Assembly: GCA_964291405.2 (NCBI GenBank)
Contig: OZ219926.1
Location: 1,856,001 to 1,920,000, forward strand
DNA from: Thermodesulfobacteriota bacterium
GTDB taxonomy: Bacteria; Desulfobacterota; Binatia; Bin18
DNA length: 64,000 nucleotides
Direction of reading: 5' to 3'
A model generated the notes under the pieces. The model made no database searches. It saw only the letters and a list, made by a program, of their open reading frames with translations, and had not been told where the DNA came from. Both the position numbers and the translations under genes were made by a program. Each line of letters starts with the position of its first letter. Position 1 is the stretch's first letter. Shown in pieces: positions 9,691 to 19,872 of the stretch.

Positions 9691-11133
9691 TTAGGCGGCC
9701 GCAGAAGACGTGGTGCTCATCTCCCGCCGTTTCCGCATGGTGCGGAAAAAATCTTTGCCTTCCTGCCACATTCGTTTCCGCTCCTCGGGATCACGCGCCA
9801 TCTTTTTCACGGCTTTGAAGATATAGCGCGGGCGGAGGTAGTACGAGCGGTAAAATTTCTCAACCGTCTCAAAAATTTCTTCCCCGGACAGGTTGGGGTA
9901 GTTGATCACGCACTGCTGATAGCCCGACTCGCCCACCATGTCTTCAGCCTTGATATAGCCATTGTCGAGGGCGAAATCGTAAAAGGCGGTGCCAGGATAG
10001 GGAGAAGCCAAAGAGACCTGAATGGTTTCCGGATTCATCTCCCGGGCGAAACGCATGGTCTCCTGCATGGTCTCCCGGGTTTCTCCCGGCAGGCCCAAAA
10101 TAAAGGTGCCGTGGATCAGGATGCCAAGCTTGTGGCAGTCCCGAGTAAACCGCCGCGAGGTTTCGAGGGCTACGCCTTTTTTAATATTCTTGAGAATGGC
10201 CGCGTTCCCCGACTCATAACCGACCACAAACAGCCGTAGCCCGCCGTCTTTCAAAACCTTGAGGGTCTCGTAGTCAACATTCCCACGCGCGTTGGTGGAC
10301 CAGCACAGGCCCATGGCGCCCATTTTCTTTGCGATCTCTCGCGCGCGTTTCGGGTCGGCCGTAAACGTATCGTCATCAAAAAAAACCTCTTTCATACCCG
10401 GAAAGAGGCGTTTCATTTCCTGCACTTCCTCAATGACGTTGCCCACTGAGCGAGTGCGGTAGGAATGGCCGGTAGTCACCTGCGGCCACAGACAAAACGT
10501 GCAGCGCGCCGGACAGCCCCGTCCGGTGTACAACGACACATAGGGATACTGGCAATACGGACTGTTATACTTCCGGAAGTCTAAATCCCGATCATAAATC
10601 TGGGTGACAAAGGGTAACTGGTCGAGCTCATCATCGGTGAGCGTCGGACGTTCAAGATTATGATGGATCTGTCCATCCTGGCGATAGCTGATACCGCGGA
10701 TGTCCTTCCAATCCCATCCCTCGGCAACCTCTTTCATGGAATAGTCAAACTCTTTCCGCGCGACAATATCGATAGCTTCAGAAATCTGTAAGGTCTTCTC
10801 CGGCTCAGCCGTGGCCTGACCACCCACAAACGCGATACGGCAGTCCGGATTTTTTTCTTTGATCAGTTCCGCGGTCTGCGCGTCCAATTTCACCGACGGC
10901 GTACTGGTGTGCAGCACAACAAAATCGTACTCCTTAGCGATCTCAACGGTCTGCGCCTGATTCAATCCTTCGGGCGGCGCGTCCAGAACGCGACTGTTCT
11001 CTATCATGCCGGCCGGATAACACAGCCAGGTCGGATACCAGAACGACCAGACCTCACGAGTCGCCTGATAGCGTGAGCCTGCTCCCCCATCAAAATTTTC
11101 ATATGCAGGCGGATTCAAAAACAATGTACGCAT
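9691..11133 (-). CDS. hpnJ: Hopanoid biosynthesis-associated B12-binding radical SAM protein
   Basis: N-terminal FDGGAGSRYQA..EVWSFWYPTWL, CxxxCxxC (CPARCTFC), FFDDDTF. Confidence 0.93.
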   Translation of the reverse strand: MRTLFLNPPAYENFDGGAGSRYQATREVWSFWYPTWLCYPAGMIENSRVLDAPPEGLNQAQTVEIAKEYDFVVLHTSTPSVKLDAQTAELIKEKNPDCRIAFVGGQATAEPEKTLQISEAIDIVARKEFDYSMKEVAEGWDWKDIRGISYRQDGQIHHNLERPTLTDDELDQLPFVTQIYDRDLDFRKYNSPYCQYPYVSLYTGRGCPARCTFCLWPQVTTGHSYRTRSVGNVIEEVQEMKRLFPGMKEVFFDDDTFTADPKRAREIAKKMGAMGLCWSTNARGNVDYETLKVLKDGGLRLFVVGYESGNAAILKNIKKGVALETSRRFTRDCHKLGILIHGTFILGLPGETRETMQETMRFAREMNPETIQVSLASPYPGTAFYDFALDNGYIKAEDMVGESGYQQCVINYPNLSGEEIFETVEKFYRSYYLRPRYIFKAVKKMARDPEERKRMWQEGKDFFRTMRKRREMSTTSSAAA

Positions 11134-11428
11134 GCGTGCATCTCTCCTTCCCCACTGCGATCCTCAGGAGCGCTGCGGTTCTGCCGAAGGCATGTATTAT
11201 ACATGGGAAAAGAAGGAAAGCGAGTAGTGTTTCACACAGCGCTTTCCTATGGGTTGGGGCAAGGGACAATAGGCCTATACCCCCAGTAGACAGACCGAGA
11301 CACTTGAGAGAAGATAGCAGCCGAAGTACGCTCGTCCGGCTCTTCTCGAATGTATCTATTCAGTGTATAGTCTGAGTCCGTGCACGGTGTACGTATAGGT
11401 AGAGAAAAAACTCTGAGGGGGAAGCAGC

Positions 11429-14110
11429 ATGAACAAAATGAAGTGGTGGCAGCCCTATCTTCTCGCAAGTGTATTGGCCTTGACGGGGGCATCTGCGGTC
11501 GGTGCACAAGAGGCGGAGCCACAAGAACCGGCCGAGGCACAGGACACAGGGTCGCAAGAACAGATCCTAGAACTTGGAGAACTCAGGGTGGTCGGCTCCC
11601 GTGTGGCGGGTCGCTCGGCCCAGGATTCGCCGGTGCCGGTCGACGTCATTCAGGGCGAAGACTTGCAGACCTACGGCATCCGGGACATGGACTCCCTGCT
11701 GTCCGCGACCGTCCCCTCCTATAACGTGAGCCAGGAGCCCATCAGCGACGAGGCCACCTTCGTCCGGCCGGCCACGCTGCGCGGTCTGCCGCCGGACTCC
11801 ACCCTGGTCCTGGTCAACGGAAAACGCCGCCACCGTGGGTCGGTGATTAACTTCCTGGGTGCTCCGAACTCCAGAGGATCGCAGGGGGCCGATATCTCCA
11901 ACATCCCATCCATTGCCCTGGAGCGCGTCGAGGTGCTGCGCGACGGGGCTGCGGCCCAGTACGGCTCGGACGCCATTGCCGGCGTGCTGAACTTCAGGCT
12001 CAGGGAGGACACCGAGGGGCTGACTGTGCAGACGAGCTATGGTCAGAACTACCACGGCGACGGCGACAAGGTGAACGTGGCCGCCAACCTGGGCGTACCG
12101 CTGACCGAGAATGGCTTTGCCAACCTCAGCTTCGAGTTCAACAACGTGGACGAAACCAGCCGTAGCGTACAGCGCAGCGATGCCCGAGGCTTGATCGAGG
12201 CCGGCAACATGGATGTGCGTCGGCCCGCGGCGCAGATCTGGGGAGCGCCCGAGATTCAGTACGACTACAAATTCTTCGGCAACCTCGGCTTGGACCTGGA
12301 GGAGATCAACAGCCGCGTGTATGCCTTCGGTAACTATGCGGAGCGTAAGGTGGAGGGTGGTTTCTACTTCCGGAATCCGAATACGCGCAACGGGGTGTTC
12401 CGCGGTCCCGGCGACCTCCACAAAATTATCGACATCGGAGACGGTTTCGACCCGAGGCCCATCTCGGAGGGCGGAAATTTGCTCGAAAACGGATTATCCA
12501 GCCGCTGCCCCGAAGTGCCGAAGCACCCGGCGGCCGATTACTCGAACGTGTCGCTGCCCGACCATTGCGCCATGTTCAACACCCAGTTTCCGGGCGGCTT
12601 CACCCCGCGCTTCGGCGGCTATGTGCGCGACTGGAGCATCGCCTTTGGCCTGCGCGGGACGCTGGAGGACCTGGAGGGCGCCTATGCGCTGCTCGACGGC
12701 TGGTCCTACGACGTCAGCGCCTACTTCGGCGAGAACAGTGTTGACTATTTCATGATCAATACGATCAACCCGCAACTCCTGGCGGTCAACAGGGTCGTTC
12801 CGACGGAATACCGGCCCGGCGGTGTGAGCCAGACTGAGAAGACATTCAACCTGGACATTTCCAAACCATTTGATGTCGGTCTCTTCTACTCCGACCTGAA
12901 TATGGCCTTTGGCTTCGAGTACCACATCGAAGAGTACGAAGTGGAACTCGGCGGGGAAACCTCTTGGTACGTGGCCCCCGATAACCGGCTGACGGCACAG
13001 GGCCTCGGTGTCGGCTCGAACGGGTTCACCGGATTCGGACCCAACATCATCGGCGATCATCAGCGGAATAACTATGCCCTCTACATGGACCTGGAAGCCG
13101 AGGTGATTAAAAATGTGACCCTTGGCGTGGCCGGACGGTATGAGAACTTTGACAAGCCGATCGGCGAGTCCGTCAACGGGAAGGTGTCGGCCAGATGGCA
13201 ACTCCTGGAAATGCTGGCCATGCGCGGTGCGGTCAGCTCGGGTTTTCGCGCCCCAACACCCGGCCAGGCCAATGTGAACAAAATCACCACGTCCTTTGAC
13301 GCCGAGCTTGGCGGGCTGATAGACGACGCCACCTTTCCTGCCCACCATCCGGCTTCGGCTTTCTTCGGTGCCAGCGATTTGACCCCGGAAAAATCCGTCA
13401 ACTACTCGGCGGGCATTGTCTTCAACGTGGCCGATGTCGATGTCACCGTCGACTACTACCGTATCAAGATGCAGGACCGCATCGTTCGCAGCAGCCGATT
13501 TAATGTTGCGGACGAACTCGCCAAGCGGGGCATCACCCGGGCGGAATTCGACGCAGCGGTCGGGCCGAACCAGATCTCGGTGCTCCGCTTCTATACCAAC
13601 GACTTCGACACCACCACCCAGGGCGTTGATGTGGTAGCGACCTATCCGTTGCAATCGGTCGCGGGCTTCACCCAATTCACGCTTGTCGCGAACTGGAATA
13701 AGACCGAGGTGGACAGCCGGACTCCGGAGTTCATCAGTGATAAGCTCGTACGACAAATCGAAGAGGGCTTGCCGCAGTTCCGGTTCTCACTGACGGCCGA
13801 TCACAACTGGGGGCCGTGGCGCTTCCTGTCCCGTCTGTACTACTACGACCGCTTCCGCGACTACCCGACCGATAGCAGCTTCGGCTTTAATGCCGGCGAG
13901 CGCTTTCTGATGGATATGGAACTCTCGTACACCTTCCTGAACCTGCCGTTCATGGAGGCGGCCACCTTTGCGGCCGGCGCGGAAAACATATTTGATCAGT
14001 ATCCGCGCAGGAACCCGCAAGCGGCTGGCGCCGGCCTGAAGTACCCGGAAACCTCGCCCTACGGCTTCAACGGCGGGTTCTACTACCTGCGGGCCGGGTT
14101 TGAGTTCTAA
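11429..14110 (+). CDS. TonB-dependent outer-membrane receptor, paralog 1 of 5
   Basis: Signal peptide, plug motifs LRGLPPDSTLVLVNGKRRH and RVEVLRDGAAAQYGSDAIAGV, C-terminal aromatic GFEF. Confidence 0.92.
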   Translation: MNKMKWWQPYLLASVLALTGASAVGAQEAEPQEPAEAQDTGSQEQILELGELRVVGSRVAGRSAQDSPVPVDVIQGEDLQTYGIRDMDSLLSATVPSYNVSQEPISDEATFVRPATLRGLPPDSTLVLVNGKRRHRGSVINFLGAPNSRGSQGADISNIPSIALERVEVLRDGAAAQYGSDAIAGVLNFRLREDTEGLTVQTSYGQNYHGDGDKVNVAANLGVPLTENGFANLSFEFNNVDETSRSVQRSDARGLIEAGNMDVRRPAAQIWGAPEIQYDYKFFGNLGLDLEEINSRVYAFGNYAERKVEGGFYFRNPNTRNGVFRGPGDLHKIIDIGDGFDPRPISEGGNLLENGLSSRCPEVPKHPAADYSNVSLPDHCAMFNTQFPGGFTPRFGGYVRDWSIAFGLRGTLEDLEGAYALLDGWSYDVSAYFGENSVDYFMINTINPQLLAVNRVVPTEYRPGGVSQTEKTFNLDISKPFDVGLFYSDLNMAFGFEYHIEEYEVELGGETSWYVAPDNRLTAQGLGVGSNGFTGFGPNIIGDHQRNNYALYMDLEAEVIKNVTLGVAGRYENFDKPIGESVNGKVSARWQLLEMLAMRGAVSSGFRAPTPGQANVNKITTSFDAELGGLIDDATFPAHHPASAFFGASDLTPEKSVNYSAGIVFNVADVDVTVDYYRIKMQDRIVRSSRFNVADELAKRGITRAEFDAAVGPNQISVLRFYTNDFDTTTQGVDVVATYPLQSVAGFTQFTLVANWNKTEVDSRTPEFISDKLVRQIEEGLPQFRFSLTADHNWGPWRFLSRLYYYDRFRDYPTDSSFGFNAGERFLMDMELSYTFLNLPFMEAATFAAGAENIFDQYPRRNPQAAGAGLKYPETSPYGFNGGFYYLRAGFEF

Positions 14111-14446
14111 GCGGAGGATCGAGCGGACAGCGTCCGTCATACCATTCGCCCAGGCGGGGGCGTCCCACTCCCGCCTAGCGGGTGATCAGAAACGACCCAG
14201 GATCTCAACTCCTGAGCGGGCCCCCTAGTGCGGTGGCCGGAGGAAAGATTGACAGCAAAGGTGTCTTTGGATAGGGACTTTTAAGATGCAGACAGTATGC
14301 ATAGTAGAGAAAGTGTAAATAAATTAGTGGTTTCCTGGTTAGAATCTTTCAAACTGAGACACCAACAGCGAACGGTTTTCCTGGAAAGAGAAACAGTAGC
14401 TTGCTAGGACGGAAGAACTGATTCACGCACAATAAGGAGGCCGGAG

Positions 14447-17071
14447 ATGAAGGCCAAGCGATGGCAATCTGGGGTATTGGCGGGTCTCTTGGTCTTGACG
14501 GGCGCACTGACAGCCTCGGCTCAAGAGACGAGCCAGCCAGAGCCGGCCACCGCACAAGACACTGGACAACAAGAGCAGGTCATAGAACTTGGTGAACTCC
14601 AGGTGGTCGGCTCCCGCGTGGTGGGTCGCTCGGCCCAGGATTCTGCGGTGCCGGTGGACATCATCCAGGGCGAGGACTTGCAGACCTATGGCGTCCGGGA
14701 CATGGACTCGCTGCTGTCGGCCACCGTGCCATCCTACAACGTCAACCGACAGCCTATCGGCGACGCGGCCACGCTCGTGCGCCCGGCCAACCTGCGCGGA
14801 CTATCACCGGACGCCACATTGGTGCTGGTCAACGGAAAACGCCGCCACCGCTCCTCGGTGATTACCTTCCTGGGAGGCCATACCGCGGCGGGGGCGCACG
14901 CGCCCGATCTTTCCGTTATTCCGGCCATTGCGCTGGAGCGGGTCGAATTGCTGCGCGACGGCGCTGCGGCCCAGTATGGCTCGGACGCCATCGCCGGTAT
15001 TTTGAACTTCAAACTCCGGGAAAACAGAGAGGGCCTGTCGGTTCACACAAGTTACGGTCAGAACTACCACGGCGACGGGGATACGGTGGACGTGGCCGCC
15101 AACCTGGGTCTGCCGCTGACCGCCAACGGCTTTGCCAACTTCAGCTTCGAGTTCACCAATGCGGACGAGACCAGTCGCAGCGTGCAGCGCGGCGACGCAT
15201 TGGGTCTGATCGCAGCGGGCAATACCGACGTACGCCAACCGGCGGCGCAGATCTGGGGCTCGCCCGAGGTGCAGTACGACTACAAGTTTTTCGGCAACCT
15301 GGGTCTCGACCTGGAGGACCTCAAGGCCCGCCTGTACGCTTTCGGCAACTACGCCGAGCGTAAAGTCGAGGGCGGCTTCTTCTTCCGCAATCCCAACACC
15401 CGCGGCGGTGTCTTCAGGGGGGACCCGGATGAAAACGGGGATCCGACGATCCGCGTCGCCGACCTGTCAGACACCGGCCTAGGCTGCCCCACCGTGCAGG
15501 CGAACGCCGCGGCCGACTACAATAATGTGCATCTGCCCGACCACTGCTTTATATTCAACGAGCGCTTTCCGGGCGGCTTCACGCCCCGCTTCGGCGGCTA
15601 TATGCAGGACTGGAGCATCGCCTTTGGCCTGCGTGGAGAGTTGGAAAGCGAGTACGCGCTGCTGAACGGCTGGTTTTATGACGCCAGCGCCAGCTTCGGC
15701 CAACATAGCGCGGACTTCTTCATGCACAACACCATTAACCCACAGCTCGCGGCCATGCGCACGAATATTCCGACATCGTACCGACCCGGCGGCTACCGCG
15801 AGTTCGACAAGGTGTTCAACTTCGATATCTCCCGGCCATTTGACGTGGGCCTGTTCTACTCCCCGCTCAACATCGCCTTTGGGCTGGAATACCGTGAAGA
15901 AGAGTTCGAGGTCAAAGCCGGAGAGAAGAATTCCTGGCATGTTGACGACAATCTTGCCCGCCAGGGATTTGGCATCGGCTCCAACGGTTTTCCTGGCTTC
16001 AGGCCGGATATCGCCGGCACGTTCAACCGGGGCAGCTACGCGGGTTATCTTGACCTAGAAGCCGAGGTGCTCAAGGATGTGCTCCTCGGTATAGCCGGGC
16101 GGTATGAGGATTTTGAACGGGTGGGCGACACGCTGAACGGCAAGGCGTCGGTTCGCTGGCAAGCGCTGGACGCGGACATGGTCCGGGCAGCTCTGCGCGG
16201 TTCGGTCAGCTCCGGGTTCCGCGCCCCGACCGTGGGGCAAGCCAACGTCCGCAACGTCTCAACCTCGTTCGCCGGAGGTATGCTGTCGGATCAGGCCACC
16301 CTGCCTCCAGACCATCCAATATCGGCCCTCAAGGGTGGCAAGAAGCTGGAGCCGGAAAAGTCTGTCAACTACTCCGTGGGCACAGTCTTCAGCGTGGGTA
16401 AGCTTGACGTGACCGTCGACTATTTCCGGATCAAGGTGCAGGGGCGTATCCAACAGGGAAGCCCACAATCCTTAACCGAATCTGATATAGCGGCGCTGTT
16501 GGCCCAGGGCGTTCAAGACGCGAGCAGTTACTCTTCCGTGGTATTCTTCTCCAATGCTTTGGACACCACTACGCAAGGTGTTGACGTGGTAGCAAGCTAC
16601 CCACTCAGGACCTTTGCCGGCCACACCCAATTCACCCTTGTGGGAAATTGGACCGACACCAAGATCGACAGCTTCGACTCTGACGTCATCGTTAGCGGTG
16701 AACGGTTCATGCTTCGTAACAACCTGCCGGAGTTCCGTTTCACGCTGACCGCCGACCACACTTGGGGGCCGTGGCGGCTCCTGGTCCGGCAGCATTACTT
16801 CGACGGGTTTTGGGACGATCAGTTGAATACCAATCTTGCATTAGCCAGTAAATCCAGTGAACGCTGGCTCACGGACGCGGAACTCTCGTACACCTTCCTG
16901 AACCTGCCGTTTATGGAGGCGGCGACGGTCGCGTTTGGCGCGGAAAATCTATTCGATCAGTATCCGGCCAGAAGCCCGTATGCGCGGGTAGTCGGCTATA
17001 AATACCCACCCTCCTCGCCGTACGGCTTCAACGGTGGCTTCTATTATCTGCGGGCCGGGTTTGAGTTCTAA
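14447..17071 (+). CDS. TonB-dependent outer-membrane receptor, paralog 2 of 5
   Basis: Same plug and barrel motifs; RBS AAGGAGG upstream. Confidence 0.92.
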   Translation: MKAKRWQSGVLAGLLVLTGALTASAQETSQPEPATAQDTGQQEQVIELGELQVVGSRVVGRSAQDSAVPVDIIQGEDLQTYGVRDMDSLLSATVPSYNVNRQPIGDAATLVRPANLRGLSPDATLVLVNGKRRHRSSVITFLGGHTAAGAHAPDLSVIPAIALERVELLRDGAAAQYGSDAIAGILNFKLRENREGLSVHTSYGQNYHGDGDTVDVAANLGLPLTANGFANFSFEFTNADETSRSVQRGDALGLIAAGNTDVRQPAAQIWGSPEVQYDYKFFGNLGLDLEDLKARLYAFGNYAERKVEGGFFFRNPNTRGGVFRGDPDENGDPTIRVADLSDTGLGCPTVQANAAADYNNVHLPDHCFIFNERFPGGFTPRFGGYMQDWSIAFGLRGELESEYALLNGWFYDASASFGQHSADFFMHNTINPQLAAMRTNIPTSYRPGGYREFDKVFNFDISRPFDVGLFYSPLNIAFGLEYREEEFEVKAGEKNSWHVDDNLARQGFGIGSNGFPGFRPDIAGTFNRGSYAGYLDLEAEVLKDVLLGIAGRYEDFERVGDTLNGKASVRWQALDADMVRAALRGSVSSGFRAPTVGQANVRNVSTSFAGGMLSDQATLPPDHPISALKGGKKLEPEKSVNYSVGTVFSVGKLDVTVDYFRIKVQGRIQQGSPQSLTESDIAALLAQGVQDASSYSSVVFFSNALDTTTQGVDVVASYPLRTFAGHTQFTLVGNWTDTKIDSFDSDVIVSGERFMLRNNLPEFRFTLTADHTWGPWRLLVRQHYFDGFWDDQLNTNLALASKSSERWLTDAELSYTFLNLPFMEAATVAFGAENLFDQYPARSPYARVVGYKYPPSSPYGFNGGFYYLRAGFEF

Positions 17072-17203
17072 GCACAGTTTGCAAACATGGCTGCAAAAAG
17101 AGGGGCGGGTATGACCCTATCCTTCTTTTCTTTTTGTCCGATTTCTATCGTCCTCTCAAAACGGTAATGGTGTCGTAGCAAGCATCCGTTATCAGAAAGA
17201 GAA

Positions 17204-19783
17204 GTGATGAAAAAATCGAGAACGTGGGCATACGGCCTGCTGCTCGTTCTGTTCCTCAGCCTGGGAGTCGCGCCGGTCGGAGCCCAGAATGCGGACCCCC
17301 CATCGGAGGCACAGCAAGAACAGGAAGGGGTCGTAGAGCTGGAAGGCGTCAGGGTGCTGGGCTCCCGTCATACCGCACGCTCGGCACGGGACTCGCTGGT
17401 GCCGGTGGACGTAATCCAGAGGGAAGACTTGCAGACCTATGGCATCCGGGACATGGACACGCTGCTGTCCGCCAGCGTGCCGTCCTACAACGTCAACCGG
17501 CGTGCCGGCGATGCCGCCGCACTGGTCCGGCCGGCCAATATGCGCGGCCTGCCGCCCGACTCCACCCTGGTGCTGGTCAACGGCAAGCGCCGGCATCGCG
17601 CCGCGGTGATTACCTTCCTGGGCAACGGTATTTCGGACGGCGCGCAGGGGGCTGATATTTCGGTGATTCCGGCCATTGCGCTCAAGCGGCTGGAAGTTTT
17701 GCGCGACGGTGCTTCGTCTCAGTACGGCTCCGACGCCATTGCCGGAGCGTTGAATTTCGTGCTGCGCGACGACGCCGAGGGAGCCATGCTGGAAACCCGC
17801 TGGGGCCAGAACTACCACGGCGATGGCGACAAAGTGAGCGTTGCCGGCAACCTCGGCCTGCCGTTGACCGAGAATGGCTTTGCCAACTTCAGTTTCGAGT
17901 TCATGAATGGAGACGAAACCAGCCGCAGCGTGCAGCGCAACGACGCGCGGGAGCTGATTGTCGCCGGCAATGACCATGTTCGTCAGCCGGCGCAATTTTT
18001 CGGCACACCTGCCGTACAGTACAATTACAAATTCTTTGGTAACCTGGGCCTGGACCTGACCGACAGGCATAGCCTGTATGCGTTTGGCAACTATGCCGAA
18101 CGCAAGGCCGAAGGCCACTTCTTTTTCCGCAATCCCAACACCCGAAGCGGGGTGTTCCGGGGCGACCCGCTTGAAGACGGCACGCCGACGATCCGGGTGG
18201 CCGACCTGTCCGACGATCTCAAAGGCTGTCCGGTGGTACCGGCCAACCCGGCCGCAGACTACACCAATGTGAATCTGCCGGCCCACTGCTTTATTTTCAA
18301 TCAGCGCTTTCCGGGCGGCTTTGCGCCGCGGTTCGGTGGCTCTATGCAGGACTGGAGTGTCACCTTCGGCCTGCGCGGAGAACTGTCAGGCATGCTGGAC
18401 GACTGGCACTACGACATGAGCGCCAGCTTCGGTCGAAACAGTATTGATTTCTTCATGCACAACACCATCAACCCGCAGCTCGCCCACCTGCAGACCGCCA
18501 TTCCAACCTCGTACAAACCTGGCAGCTATAGCGAATTCGACAAAGTGTTCAATTTTGACGTCTCCAAGCCGTTCGACTTGGGCCTCTTCTCTTCCGCGCT
18601 AAACCTCGCCTTTGGACTGGAATACCGAGAGGAAGAATTTTCAGCACACGCCGGTGAGCCGAATTCCTGGAAAATCGAGGAGAGCCTGGCCCGCCAGGGC
18701 TTTGGCATCGGCTCCAACGGCTTTCCCGGCCTCAGCCCCACGCATGCCGGGACGTTCAATCGGGGCAGTTATGCCGGTTATCTCGACCTGGAAGCCGAGG
18801 TGATTAAAAACCTGACCGTCGGCCTCGCCGGGCGGTATGAGGCGTATGAAGGGATAGCAGATACCCTGGACGGCAAGGTCTCGGCCCGCTGGCAATTCCT
18901 GGCCGATATGGCTGTGCGCGGCTCGGTCGGCTCCGGCTTTCGCGCCCCGACTGTGGGCCAGGCAAACATTCGCAATGTCACGACATCACTCATCGACGGC
19001 AGACTGGCGGATGAAGCCACCCTCTCCCCGACCGACCCGATTGCGCGACAGAAGGGCGGCAAGGAACTGGAGCCGGAAAAATCGGTCAATTATTCCGTGG
19101 GCACGGTCTTCAGCCTGGGCAAGCTGGACGTCACCCTCGACTATTACCGCATCAAGATGCAGGATCGCATCGGTTTGACGAAAACGCTGACACTGACCGA
19201 GTCGGATATAGCGTCACTCCTGGCCCGAGGAGTCGCGGACGCGAGCAGTTTCACCGGGGTACGCTATTTTACCAACGATTTCGATACTACCACGCAAGGC
19301 GTCGACCTCGTGGCGACCTACCCGCTGGAGACGTTCGCCGGCAGCACGCTATTCACCTTTGTGGGCAACTGGAACAACACCAAGGTTGACAGCCGCAATC
19401 CAACCATCATTGACGATGGGCGAGTGCGGCAGCTTGAAGACAATCTGCCGGAGTTTCGTTTCTCACTCACGAGTGACCACACCTACGGGCCGTGGCGGCT
19501 CCTGACCCGGCTGCATTTCTACGACGGTTTTTATGCGGCCTATCTGAGGGATTTGCCCATACAGGCGGGCGAACGCTGGCTCGTGGACGCGGAACTCTCG
19601 TACACGTTTATGAACCTGCCGGTCATGGGGATGCTGACCCTCGCCTTCGGCGCCGAGAACCTGTTCGATCAGTATCCGGCCAGAAATCCGTATGCCCGCC
19701 TCGCCGGCGCCAAATATCCGGCCTCGTCGCCCTACGGCTTCAACGGCGGCTTCTATTATCTACGGGCCAGATTTGAGTTTTAA
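17204..19783 (+). CDS. TonB-dependent outer-membrane receptor, paralog 3 of 5
   Basis: Same plug and barrel motifs; ends RFEF. Confidence 0.92.
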   Translation: MMKKSRTWAYGLLLVLFLSLGVAPVGAQNADPPSEAQQEQEGVVELEGVRVLGSRHTARSARDSLVPVDVIQREDLQTYGIRDMDTLLSASVPSYNVNRRAGDAAALVRPANMRGLPPDSTLVLVNGKRRHRAAVITFLGNGISDGAQGADISVIPAIALKRLEVLRDGASSQYGSDAIAGALNFVLRDDAEGAMLETRWGQNYHGDGDKVSVAGNLGLPLTENGFANFSFEFMNGDETSRSVQRNDARELIVAGNDHVRQPAQFFGTPAVQYNYKFFGNLGLDLTDRHSLYAFGNYAERKAEGHFFFRNPNTRSGVFRGDPLEDGTPTIRVADLSDDLKGCPVVPANPAADYTNVNLPAHCFIFNQRFPGGFAPRFGGSMQDWSVTFGLRGELSGMLDDWHYDMSASFGRNSIDFFMHNTINPQLAHLQTAIPTSYKPGSYSEFDKVFNFDVSKPFDLGLFSSALNLAFGLEYREEEFSAHAGEPNSWKIEESLARQGFGIGSNGFPGLSPTHAGTFNRGSYAGYLDLEAEVIKNLTVGLAGRYEAYEGIADTLDGKVSARWQFLADMAVRGSVGSGFRAPTVGQANIRNVTTSLIDGRLADEATLSPTDPIARQKGGKELEPEKSVNYSVGTVFSLGKLDVTLDYYRIKMQDRIGLTKTLTLTESDIASLLARGVADASSFTGVRYFTNDFDTTTQGVDLVATYPLETFAGSTLFTFVGNWNNTKVDSRNPTIIDDGRVRQLEDNLPEFRFSLTSDHTYGPWRLLTRLHFYDGFYAAYLRDLPIQAGERWLVDAELSYTFMNLPVMGMLTLAFGAENLFDQYPARNPYARLAGAKYPASSPYGFNGGFYYLRARFEF

Positions 19784-19872
19784 GGATGGGAACGGGTGCT
19801 TTTTCTGGAAAAAAAGACAGCAGCTTGTTAGACCGGAGGGGCTGATTCAAACGCACGGAGAGGAGACTGGAG

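Noticed and set aside
11134-11428. Cobalamin/TPP riboswitch or Fur box upstream of the receptors
   Set aside because: No recognisable B12-box, TPP core or Fur consensus in this or the other array spacers by eye
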